DNA of 64,000 nt from Nitrososphaerota archaeon (GTDB taxonomy: Archaea > Thermoproteota > Nitrososphaeria_A > Caldarchaeales > Caldarchaeaceae): positions 34,518 to 98,517 of the forward strand of contig JBEPYN010000003.1 in assembly GCA_041641305.1 (NCBI GenBank), given 5' to 3'. The notes beneath the pieces were generated by a model that saw only the letters and a program-made list of their open reading frames with translations, did no database searches and was not told the DNA's origin. The position numbers were made by a program, and so were the translations under genes. This document shows, one piece after another, positions 36,555 to 45,256 of the stretch (position 1 is its first letter; each line of letters starts with the position of its first letter).

Positions 36555-37340
36555 CTATTCACTGTTTTCTAAAAATTTTGTCACGGCTTCGGCGAATTCG
36601 CGTGGTTTTTGTTCGAGTAACGCCACTGTTCCACCCTCTATTTCAACCACTCTGGCGTGTTTGATGCTGTTCCTTAGCTTGGGTAGATAGGATGTGGCAA
36701 ATGGGTCTGCTTTTCCCACTATTATCAACGTTGGGCAAATGATTTTTGTGATCTTCTCCTCCATGACGTATCGTGAGACCGCGAGATGTCCAGCCGCAGC
36801 GTTCGGACCCGCCTTCAACGCGTCGATGATGAAGCGGTCGAGAATGTCGGGTCTATCAGGTGGGTAGTAGGGTTGCCGGCCTTTCCATAATTCAAGCAGA
36901 TGTGAGCCATCCATCTTGGAGACATATGTGTCTATGACTTGTTTGTTTTTACGTTTCTCTCTTTCTTCTGCGTCTATGTATGGGCATCCTGATAGAACCA
37001 GTTTCTCAACCAAGTCAGGGTGGGTGGCGGCAATTTCAATAGCTATTACTGCACCTGTATGATGCCCTACGAGCGATATTCTATTTAGTCGAAGAGCTTC
37101 GGTGAATTCGATCACTCCTTCAGCCAGCCTCTCAATCGTCATTTCTCCCTCAAACCTATACGAGTCGCCGAACCCTATTGTGTCCATGGCGATTGCGTGG
37201 AATTTTTGCCCCAGAAGCGGCAGCACCTCGGTGTATTCGTCTGAGGAGCGTGGTGTCTGATGCAGTAGGACAACGGGTTTACCTTCTCCAGCCCAGCGGA
37301 AATGTATTTGCCCTTTGGGGGTGTTGATAAAATTTCTCAT
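36555..37340 (-). CDS. Alpha/beta-hydrolase-fold protein with a non-canonical nucleophile elbow
   Basis: VLLHQTPRSS, DTIGFGDS, VGHHTGA elbow, PTLIIVGKADP. No C-terminal catalytic His. Confidence 0.85.
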   Translation of the reverse strand: MRNFINTPKGQIHFRWAGEGKPVVLLHQTPRSSDEYTEVLPLLGQKFHAIAMDTIGFGDSYRFEGEMTIERLAEGVIEFTEALRLNRISLVGHHTGAVIAIEIAATHPDLVEKLVLSGCPYIDAEEREKRKNKQVIDTYVSKMDGSHLLELWKGRQPYYPPDRPDILDRFIIDALKAGPNAAAGHLAVSRYVMEEKITKIICPTLIIVGKADPFATSYLPKLRNSIKHARVVEIEGGTVALLEQKPREFAEAVTKFLENSE

Positions 37341-37398
37341 TACATTCTAACCATTATGGGAAACCTATAAATATGCGGTTAGGTGTGTGTGCGGCGTC

Positions 37399-39096
37399 AT
37401 GGCTGATAAATCTACTCGGCGAAACTTTTTATCGACTGTTGGTGTTGGCGTTGTTTCGGCGGTTATTTTTGGTGTTGGTGGATATCTCCTCGGCAGCTCT
37501 GGTTCTCGGGTGATAGAGCGTACTGTTACTCAGGCAGCACAGACCGCCACCGTAACTCGGACACAAACAGTTACTCAGACTCTGCCTACCACAGTGATAA
37601 GCACTATAACCGAGACGGCGGTCGCCAGGCCTACACGTCTCGTCATCGCATGGCCTTTTGAGATTGTAACCCTCAACCCCTACCGTTTCAGCAGAAACAT
37701 TCCAGTCGAATCTCCGATGGCTGCTATCTATGATCGTTTTCTATCTCAGACCAGAGACCTTCTACAGGTGCCTGGTGTTGTAGAGAACTGGGAATGGGGT
37801 TCCGAGAAAACCTCGTTAGACCTCAGAATTAGGCAGGGAATAAAGTTCCATGATGGAACAGAGCTGACCGCCGAGGATGTCGCTTTCAGCCTTCAGACCA
37901 TGAAGACACCTCCCAACGCCTATGCAGGTGTTTGGGGTGTCGTCAGCGATATACAGGTTGTGAACCCGAGTCTGGTGAGACTGACTTTGAGCAGGTATGA
38001 CCCATCGATTATAGCGTGGATGGGTTTCCTTGATGCTTTTGTCGTCCCGAAGCATGTTTGGGAGCGCGTGGGCCCAGACGAGTTTGGGAAAAACCCTGTT
38101 GGAAGCGGTCCCTACAAAGTCAAGTCATACAAGCCGGGTATACTGGAGCTTGAGAGGTTTGATGACTACTGGAGAGGTGCAGCACCCATTAGGGAGGTTG
38201 TTTTCAAGGAGGTTCTCGACCCGCGGTCGCGCGCAGTCGAGGTTGAGGCTGGCACGTCAGACTATACTCTCGAGGTGGACTTAAGCGATTTTCAGCGCCT
38301 ATCAAATCTCGAGGGGCTGAGAGGAGTATCACAGCCGGTAACAGATGTAGCCATACTCATGATACCGACATACTATCCCGAAACAGGTGATGAAAACGTC
38401 CGCCTGGCCATGCATCATGCCATCGACAAAGAGGCGATAGTAAAGAATATCCTCCAAGGACACGGTCGTGTAGTTCACACGACTGAGGCCCCTGGATACA
38501 GGGCGTATGACCCTGACTTCAGATTCCCATATGACCCAGAAAAGGCTACCGAGCTTTTGGCGAGGTCAGGCTATTCCAAGTCAAACCCGGTGAGAATAAC
38601 AGCTGCAACCTTCCGAGGCTCCTTCCCCCGCGATTATGAAGTAATGCAGGCCATCGTCGCGATGTGGGCTGAGGTCGGTATAGAGGCCGAACTCGAGGTG
38701 ATAACAATAGCCCAGCATTTTGAGATGCGTAACACTGGCAAAATGAAGCACGCTCACTTCTACGTCTGGTCCAACGCCACAGGCGACCCCATAAACTCCG
38801 TCGGACACTCACAGTGGCCCAATTCACCGTTTTCTACATGGCGTGGGCTGAAGGCAGCGAGTCTGACAGATTACTCCGGCTTGATGAATCAGGCGACAGA
38901 GGTGCTTAACCCTGTGTTCCTTGAGAAAGATGAGGAGAGGAGAATAGCTGCGGCTCGGCAGGCAGCGCGGTGGGTGGTTGAGAAAGGCTTGGTCATACCT
39001 TTGTACCAGCTGGCACAGCTCCATATCATGAAGAAGGAAGTCAATTACGACCCCTGGCCCCAGGGATGGGTTCTCCCCTACTACATGAGCTACTAA
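37399..39096 (+). CDS. Dpp/Opp-type ABC substrate-binding protein with Tat signal
   Basis: TRRNFL signal, Thr-rich linker, IRQGIKFHDGTELTAEDVAFS, PVGSGPYK. Confidence 0.92.
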   Translation: MADKSTRRNFLSTVGVGVVSAVIFGVGGYLLGSSGSRVIERTVTQAAQTATVTRTQTVTQTLPTTVISTITETAVARPTRLVIAWPFEIVTLNPYRFSRNIPVESPMAAIYDRFLSQTRDLLQVPGVVENWEWGSEKTSLDLRIRQGIKFHDGTELTAEDVAFSLQTMKTPPNAYAGVWGVVSDIQVVNPSLVRLTLSRYDPSIIAWMGFLDAFVVPKHVWERVGPDEFGKNPVGSGPYKVKSYKPGILELERFDDYWRGAAPIREVVFKEVLDPRSRAVEVEAGTSDYTLEVDLSDFQRLSNLEGLRGVSQPVTDVAILMIPTYYPETGDENVRLAMHHAIDKEAIVKNILQGHGRVVHTTEAPGYRAYDPDFRFPYDPEKATELLARSGYSKSNPVRITAATFRGSFPRDYEVMQAIVAMWAEVGIEAELEVITIAQHFEMRNTGKMKHAHFYVWSNATGDPINSVGHSQWPNSPFSTWRGLKAASLTDYSGLMNQATEVLNPVFLEKDEERRIAAARQAARWVVEKGLVIPLYQLAQLHIMKKEVNYDPWPQGWVLPYYMSY

Positions 39097-40103
39097 TGGC
39101 GATAACATCCTACTACTTATTCAAACGAGTTCTACAGATGGCCGCGGCCCTACTTGGAACATCACTCATATCTTTTCTAATTTTCCGTGTCGTGCCAGGT
39201 GACCCTGTCTCCCTTATGGTCGGACCAGGAGTAACAGAGGAATACATCGCACAGTTGAGAGCATATTTTCGATTGGACCAGCCGCTGATTATCCAGTATC
39301 TTTACTGGGTGGCGGACCTACTGTCCCTGAACTTGGGCACGTCGTTCAGGTATGGGTCGAGTGTGTCATCTCTAATATTTGAAAGGCTTCCCGCCACAGT
39401 TGAGCTTGTGCTGTTTACCTTGATGCTGGCCGTGTTTTTCGGCGTAATCACAGGTGTATTGGCAGCGGTTAAGCAACGGGTCAACACAGTTGTACAAGCC
39501 CTCACAATATCTGGGTTGGCTATTCCGCATTTTCTCTGGGCAATAATCCTCGTCATTCTATTCGCCGCTGTTCTGAAAATGTTTCCTGCATCAGGCCGGG
39601 TAGGAATAGGCGTCGAAATACAAACAGTAACAGGATTCTATCTAATTGACGCTCTCATGACGGGAAACATCGAGGGATTTATCAACGCTCTACAACACAT
39701 AACGCTGCCAGCGATTGCACTCGCAATCGGGATGACCGCCTTTATTCAAAGAACCCTAAGGTCAAGCATGCTTGAAGTATTGAGAGAGGATTATGTCTTA
39801 ACTGATAGAATGAAGGGCCACAGCGAGATATACATCATCTTTGTCCGCAGCCTAAAGAACGCGTTGATGCCTGTCATCACTCTCACGGGTGTACAATTCA
39901 CATTTCTATTAGGCGGGAGCGCTATTGTAGAAAAAATATTCGGTTGGCCGGGAATGGGAAACCTGTTGTTTACGGCTGTCCAGTACAGAGACTATACGCT
40001 GGTACAGGGAATTTTGATGTTCTACACGCTAATCACAATAACCGTCAACTTTTTGGTGGATGTTCTCTACACATACATCAATCCGAGGGTGGAGTTCAAA
40101 TGA
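39096..40103 (+). CDS. Dpp/Opp-type ABC permease (DppB-like)
   Basis: PGDP, LDQPLIIQY, RSSMLEVLREDYV, IFGWPGMG, YINPR. ATG overlaps the upstream TAA. Confidence 0.92.
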   Translation: MAITSYYLFKRVLQMAAALLGTSLISFLIFRVVPGDPVSLMVGPGVTEEYIAQLRAYFRLDQPLIIQYLYWVADLLSLNLGTSFRYGSSVSSLIFERLPATVELVLFTLMLAVFFGVITGVLAAVKQRVNTVVQALTISGLAIPHFLWAIILVILFAAVLKMFPASGRVGIGVEIQTVTGFYLIDALMTGNIEGFINALQHITLPAIALAIGMTAFIQRTLRSSMLEVLREDYVLTDRMKGHSEIYIIFVRSLKNALMPVITLTGVQFTFLLGGSAIVEKIFGWPGMGNLLFTAVQYRDYTLVQGILMFYTLITITVNFLVDVLYTYINPRVEFK

Positions 40104-40954
40104 CGACGCAGGTTTCGGTGCTTTTGAAGTCCAAGAAAGCCGTCATCAGCATGGCCGTTATAGTGTTCTTTTTTACAGCTGGTTTATCCGCTCCATTTTT
40201 GCCCCTACCGGACCCAAACAAGCAGAACCTCAACACAATAGGTCTACCGCCTTTCTGGGTAGATGGCGGAGACATGACGCATCCACTGGGGACAGACAGC
40301 CTAGGGCGCGACATTCTAAGCAGACTACTGCACGGGGCATCCGTGGCCCTATATGTCGCAGTAGCTGCGACAGCTTTGACAGCCGTTATAGGCGTAGTTT
40401 TGGGAATCACTGCTGGATATTTCAGAGGCAAGGTCGATGACCTGATAATGCGTATCGTCGATATCTGGATGTCGTTTCCCCCAATTATCTTGGCGATAGT
40501 TTTGATAAGCGTGCTTGGCGTAGATTTAAACAACGTCGTTCTCGCCGTCGCTGTGGTTGATTGGACAAGGTTTACCAGAGTGTTGCGTTCAGAGGTATTG
40601 GCAATCCGTGAGAAAGACTTTGTCACCGCAGCCCAGACTATAGGATTTTCCCCAAATTATATCATGTGGCGAGAAATTTTCCCAAACATTTTGCCAACAT
40701 TCATTATTATTGCCGCCCTAGAAATGGGGATCGCGATATCGGTTGAGGTCCTGCTCAGCTTCGTGGGTCTCGGGGTTAAGCCCACGACTCCCTCATGGGG
40801 ATCCATGCTTGCAGATGGGCTGAACTACTTCCGCACAAACCCGTACGGAGTCATATTCCCCCTATCCGCGACCATAGCCGTAATCCTCAGCCTAAACATA
40901 TTCGGTGAAGTCCTACGCGAAAAAATAGACCCACGACTCATGGTGATCAGATGA
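40100..40954 (+). CDS. Dpp/Opp-type ABC permease (DppC-like)
   Basis: HPLGTDSLGRDILSRL, LSFVGLG...PSWGSML, DPR. Start set at ATG 40100. Confidence 0.92.
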   Translation: MTTQVSVLLKSKKAVISMAVIVFFFTAGLSAPFLPLPDPNKQNLNTIGLPPFWVDGGDMTHPLGTDSLGRDILSRLLHGASVALYVAVAATALTAVIGVVLGITAGYFRGKVDDLIMRIVDIWMSFPPIILAIVLISVLGVDLNNVVLAVAVVDWTRFTRVLRSEVLAIREKDFVTAAQTIGFSPNYIMWREIFPNILPTFIIIAALEMGIAISVEVLLSFVGLGVKPTTPSWGSMLADGLNYFRTNPYGVIFPLSATIAVILSLNIFGEVLREKIDPRLMVIR

Positions 40955-41739
40955 CAAAGCTTCTCGAACTGCGGGACCTGAGCATAAAGATTATGGGAAA
41001 ACCTGTGGTGAATAACGTGTCTTTTGACGTAGAGGCTGGGGAAGTGTTTGGGCTGGTCGGTGAATCGGGGGCTGGCAAATCTCTAACAGGCAAGGCGATA
41101 ATCAGGCTTCTGCCTCCTGGAGCAGAGGCGAGCGGAAAAATTTTCTTCAAGGGAATTGATCTGTTATCATTAGATGAGAAAGCTATGCGGAAAATAAGAG
41201 GGAAAGAGATCACTCTAATACAGCAGGATCCTGTGACTTCTCTCAACCCCTCGTTCAAAATCAAGGACCAGATAACCGACATCATAGGGCTGCATCTTAG
41301 AGTCACGTCCAAAGATGCCGAGAAAAGAGCTGTGGAGCTTTTGAAAAAAGTTGGCATCACATCTCCTGAGAAGGTTTTGCACAAGTATCCCCATCAGATA
41401 AGCGGTGGAATGTGTCAACGAGTAATGATAGCGATAGCTTTTGCTTGTGAACCATCTCTCGTAATAGCCGACGAACCCACCACGGCCTTGGACGTCATTA
41501 CCCAGGCTCTTGTCATAGACCTGATGAAGCACATACAGCAGCAACATAACACGGCAATCATTTTCGTTACACATAATCTTGCACTTGCTTTGAACATCTG
41601 CGACAGGATAGCTGTGATGAACAAAGGGTCGATTGTTGAGGTTTTGGACGCTGACAGAGTTTTTGAAGACGCGAGACATGAATACACTTTGTCGCTGTTG
41701 TCTGCAATCCCCACAATAGAAAAACCCTTTACAAGGTGA
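40951..41739 (+). CDS. Dpp/Opp-type ABC ATPase (DppD-like)
   Basis: GESGAGKS, YPHQISGGMCQR, ADEPTTALD. Confidence 0.93.
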   Translation: MTKLLELRDLSIKIMGKPVVNNVSFDVEAGEVFGLVGESGAGKSLTGKAIIRLLPPGAEASGKIFFKGIDLLSLDEKAMRKIRGKEITLIQQDPVTSLNPSFKIKDQITDIIGLHLRVTSKDAEKRAVELLKKVGITSPEKVLHKYPHQISGGMCQRVMIAIAFACEPSLVIADEPTTALDVITQALVIDLMKHIQQQHNTAIIFVTHNLALALNICDRIAVMNKGSIVEVLDADRVFEDARHEYTLSLLSAIPTIEKPFTR

Positions 41740-42686
41740 GTAGGCTGCTTCAGGCTATCAGACTCAGCAAGGTTTTCTCAGAACCGGCTCGCAGCCTGCG
41801 GGACTTTTTCAACAAAGATAAGAGACGTTTTTACGCTTTGCGGGACGTGTCTGTGCAAATAGGCGAGGACGAGGTATTGGGTATAGTTGGGGAGAGCGGC
41901 TGCGGCAAAAGCACTCTTGCAAAAACAATTGCTAGAATATACACACCCGACGATGGAAAAATAATTTTCATGGGCAAAGACATCACACGCTTAAACAACA
42001 GAGAGCTTCTGGATATCCGCCGGAAGATGCAGATAATTTTCCAGAACCCATATTCTTCGCTAAACCCGCGTAGAAAGGTCAAGGACATAATAGGCGACCC
42101 GCTGAAGCTCCACGGATTATATGATGAGTCAGCTGTTTCAGAGGCTTTACGGGCCGTCGGCCTAGATGAAACCTATGCTCAAAGGTATCCCCATCAGCTT
42201 AGCGGCGGAGAGAGACAAAGAGTAGCTATAGCAAGGGCTCTTGCTCTCCGCCCATCCCTCGTGATAGCGGATGAAATAACTTCTTCACTTGATGTTTCGA
42301 CCCAGATGCGTATCCTAGAGCTTTTGAAAAAGATAAGGAGGGAGTATAGGCTTTCTATGATGTTTATTTCGCATGACTTGGCGGTCGTCAACTACATGAG
42401 TGACAGAGTTGCGGTTATGTATGCCGGTGAAATTGTAGAGGAGGGGACTTCACGCGAGATTATTGAAAAACCACTTCATCCGTATAGCCAAGCCCTCATC
42501 GAATCTGTTCCAGATCCGCGTAAGGGCTGGAGACCTCGTGTGAAAGAAATCGAAAGCGACCAAGAGTCGCAGGGTTGTAGGTTTGCGCCACGATGTCCTT
42601 ATGCCTTCGAGAAATGCTATGTAGAGAGGCCTGCTTTAACCTTGTACAACGATTCTCGGAAGGTTGCGTGTTTTCTCCACCAATAG
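41736..42686 (+). CDS. Dpp/Opp-type ABC ATPase (DppF-like)
   Basis: GESGCGKS, YPHQLSGGERQR, C-terminal GCRFAPRCP...C...VAC. Confidence 0.93.
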   Translation: MSRLLQAIRLSKVFSEPARSLRDFFNKDKRRFYALRDVSVQIGEDEVLGIVGESGCGKSTLAKTIARIYTPDDGKIIFMGKDITRLNNRELLDIRRKMQIIFQNPYSSLNPRRKVKDIIGDPLKLHGLYDESAVSEALRAVGLDETYAQRYPHQLSGGERQRVAIARALALRPSLVIADEITSSLDVSTQMRILELLKKIRREYRLSMMFISHDLAVVNYMSDRVAVMYAGEIVEEGTSREIIEKPLHPYSQALIESVPDPRKGWRPRVKEIESDQESQGCRFAPRCPYAFEKCYVERPALTLYNDSRKVACFLHQ

Positions 42687-42701
42687 CCGCTGAACGGTCT
42701 T

Positions 42702-43436
42702 CTACCGCGGCCTTTGCTGAAAGGATGGAATAAACTGTTTTCTGAGATATCCGCTTACGAAGTCTATTGCGACCACAGTCACAAGCGTCAAGATAAGGAC
42801 TGTTGTTAGGCTGCTGTATTGGAGAGACTCGATGTAGCTAATCATGAGGAGCCCCACGCCTCCGGCTCCGACAAACCCCAGTACGGTGGATGACCTTATG
42901 TTGTATTCGAACATGAATAGTAGCTGGCTGATGATTGTGTTCATCGACTCGGGGATTACAGCGTGTCGAACGATGAGGAGGCGAGGGGCCCTTGTCACAC
43001 GTATTGCGTCGAGGACCTCGGGGTCAACCGCTTCAAAGGCTTCGTAGTAGATTTTGGACAGGTAGCCGAAGGTGTAAACAGCGATGGCGAGAGTTCCTGC
43101 AAGTGGTCCAAGTCCAACCGCTATAACGAAGATCACTGCCCAGAAAAGCACCGGTATCGTGCGCACGAAGCCGAAGAACGCTCTTGCGGCGGCGGTTATA
43201 GAATGTGGAAAAATGTTGCGCATGGCCAGTGCCGAGAAGGGAAGTGCGAATACAAACCCCAGCACCGTCCCGACAAATGCTATTTGAATGGTCTCCGCCA
43301 ATGCTGCCGCAGCCTCCGTGGCCACATTTGGGTTGGGTGGAACCATTTCAGCTAAGAGGCTGCCGAGGTTAACAAGCCCCTTCGCAAGCCTGTTAATGTC
43401 CGTGAGCCCTAGGCGGGAGGCTGAATAGACAAACAC
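42702..43436 (-). CDS. phnE: Phosphate/phosphonate ABC permease, PhnE-like (start uncertain)
   Basis: ETIQIAFVGT, RTIPVLFWA, FEYNIRSSTVLGFVGAGGVG. Confidence 0.88.
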   Translation of the reverse strand: MFVYSASRLGLTDINRLAKGLVNLGSLLAEMVPPNPNVATEAAAALAETIQIAFVGTVLGFVFALPFSALAMRNIFPHSITAAARAFFGFVRTIPVLFWAVIFVIAVGLGPLAGTLAIAVYTFGYLSKIYYEAFEAVDPEVLDAIRVTRAPRLLIVRHAVIPESMNTIISQLLFMFEYNIRSSTVLGFVGAGGVGLLMISYIESLQYSSLTTVLILTLVTVVAIDFVSGYLRKQFIPSFQQRPR

Positions 43437-43475
43437 CGCAACAGTGAGAAGTATTGTGATTTGTCTAGCGAAATT

Positions 43476-44192
43476 TCATTCTGCTGGTCCTCCGCCCAGT
43501 ATCGCTGACAGCGTCTTGATGTTTATCTGGTTGCCTGGCATTTCCGTCTTTATTTTTCCATCTTTCAGGACTGCGACACGGTCTGCGAATTTGTTGACTA
43601 GGTATGTGTCATGCATGGTCATGATGAGGCCTATGTTGTTTAGTTTGCATATTTTTGTGGTGAGCTCCATTACTTCGATAGCGTTGATGACGTCGAGGTC
43701 TGAGACAAATTCGTCGGCGAGGAGTATTGAAGGGTTCTGCATAAGGGCCCGTGCGACGGCTACTCTTTGCCTCTCTCCTCCGCTGAGTAGGCCTGCTTTT
43801 CTGTCAGCGACCTCCGCCAAGCCGAGGTCGTTCAAGAGGCTGTAGGCTTTCTCATACACCTCTTTCGGAAATCTGCCGAATAGGCCGGGAAAGGTTCCTA
43901 TTTTCCCAAGTGAGCCGTGGACAACGTTTTGCACTGCTGTGAGATTTTTGACCAAACCGATGTTTTGAGGAATGTAGCCTATTCCGCCTACGGCGCTGTT
44001 GATTTTCACGGTGCCTTGGTACGGGTATAGGAGGCCTGCGATGATTTTGAGTAGTGTTGTTTTTCCCGAGCCGGAGTAGCCCATTATGGCGATTGTTTCC
44101 CCCGCCGAGAGTTCAAGGTCCACTCCGTCGAGTATCTTCCGGTGGCCGTCGTATGAGAAGCTTAGCTTCTTGATTGTCAGCACCGTGCCCAA
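43476..44192 (-). CDS. phnC: Phosphate/phosphonate ABC ATPase, PhnC-like
   Basis: GYSGSGKTT, LSGGERQRVAVARALMQNPSILLADE. Confidence 0.88.
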   Translation of the reverse strand: MGTVLTIKKLSFSYDGHRKILDGVDLELSAGETIAIMGYSGSGKTTLLKIIAGLLYPYQGTVKINSAVGGIGYIPQNIGLVKNLTAVQNVVHGSLGKIGTFPGLFGRFPKEVYEKAYSLLNDLGLAEVADRKAGLLSGGERQRVAVARALMQNPSILLADEFVSDLDVINAIEVMELTTKICKLNNIGLIMTMHDTYLVNKFADRVAVLKDGKIKTEMPGNQINIKTLSAILGGGPAE

Positions 44193-44193
44193 T

Positions 44194-45150
44194 TTAGCCT
44201 ACCTTCTCCGAGTATCTCAGGTTTGTGAGCTCAAGGTATCTTTGCAGCCCTTCGAGATGCTGCTCGGATGTCGTGGGCTCAAACCTGACGAAGAGGGCTG
44301 AGACAAACTGTTTCATTAGAGTAGGCTCTTTTTCACCGAGCTCGAGAAGAGCGTTGATCAGCTGTGAGCGTAGAGGCTCTTTCAACTCCTTGGAGAAGAC
44401 GACGGCGTGGCTTGGTATGGGCCCTTGGGAGGCTATTACACGTGTGTTTGACATTACCTCTCTGTACAGGGTCTCGGGAATGTCTCCTGCTATGACGGCT
44501 GCGTCTACGTCGCCGTTTTTCAGCGCCGTCCATGATTGCGCGTATCCGCCTGTGAAGACTACTTGGAAGAAGGTTGAGGGGTCGGCTTCGGAGCCTTGCT
44601 TGACCTGTAGGTAACCGAGTTCAACGAGCTTGGCGACAGGTGCGACATATCCCGATGTCGAGATAGGACTCGGCAAAGCTACTTTCTTGCCTCGGAGATC
44701 TTCTATCGACTGGATTGGTGAGTTGGGCAATACTACCCAGTAAGAATAGTATTGCGGTGCTTCGACAATTTTATCACCCTCGCCGACAGTTCTTATCTCT
44801 GCCAAAACAACTTCGGCGTCGGCCAACTTCCATGCAAGGTATGAGGGCCACGCGCTCATGAATGCTGCATGCGCGTGTCCTCGTCGAAGAGACTCCACAA
44901 CCGCCGCGTAGGATGTTGGCACGTATATTTCAACGTCTATGTCGGGTAGTTTCTGCTCCAGAAACGCCTCGATTGGTTTGGCTCTTTGGACAACCTCTGC
45001 AGCGGACAACGTGGGCTGGACGGCTATCACCAGCTTCTGTTTATTCTGGGGCTGGAGAATCACAAGTCCGAATGCCGCGGAAAGAAGCAAGCCAATAATT
45101 ATTCCGGCGGTGATTAGGGCGATGCTTTTGATTGCTACTGTGTGCTTCAC
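44194..45150 (-). CDS. phnD: Phosphate/phosphite/phosphonate-binding protein, PhnD-like
   Basis: PTSYAAVVESL, YYSY, DLRGKKVALPSPISTSGY, GDVDAA, IPSH. Confidence 0.88.
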   Translation of the reverse strand: MKHTVAIKSIALITAGIIIGLLLSAAFGLVILQPQNKQKLVIAVQPTLSAAEVVQRAKPIEAFLEQKLPDIDVEIYVPTSYAAVVESLRRGHAHAAFMSAWPSYLAWKLADAEVVLAEIRTVGEGDKIVEAPQYYSYWVVLPNSPIQSIEDLRGKKVALPSPISTSGYVAPVAKLVELGYLQVKQGSEADPSTFFQVVFTGGYAQSWTALKNGDVDAAVIAGDIPETLYREVMSNTRVIASQGPIPSHAVVFSKELKEPLRSQLINALLELGEKEPTLMKQFVSALFVRFEPTTSEQHLEGLQRYLELTNLRYSEKVG

Positions 45151-45247
45151 GTTATAACAGCGTTATATCCCATGATTTAAACCATACACCGTGAAAGCAT
45201 TCATTCACGTTGTTACACGCTACACATATAACGCCGTGAAATATAAC
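45146..45247. promoter_or_regulatory. Divergent promoter region with repeated CGTGAA/TTCACG and TATAAC half-sites
   Basis: CGTGAA-N8-TTCACG at 45190-45209, extra half-sites at 45146 and 45235, and CGTTATA repeated at 11-bp spacing (45150, 45161). Confidence 0.45.
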
Positions 45248-45256
45248 AAAAACAAG

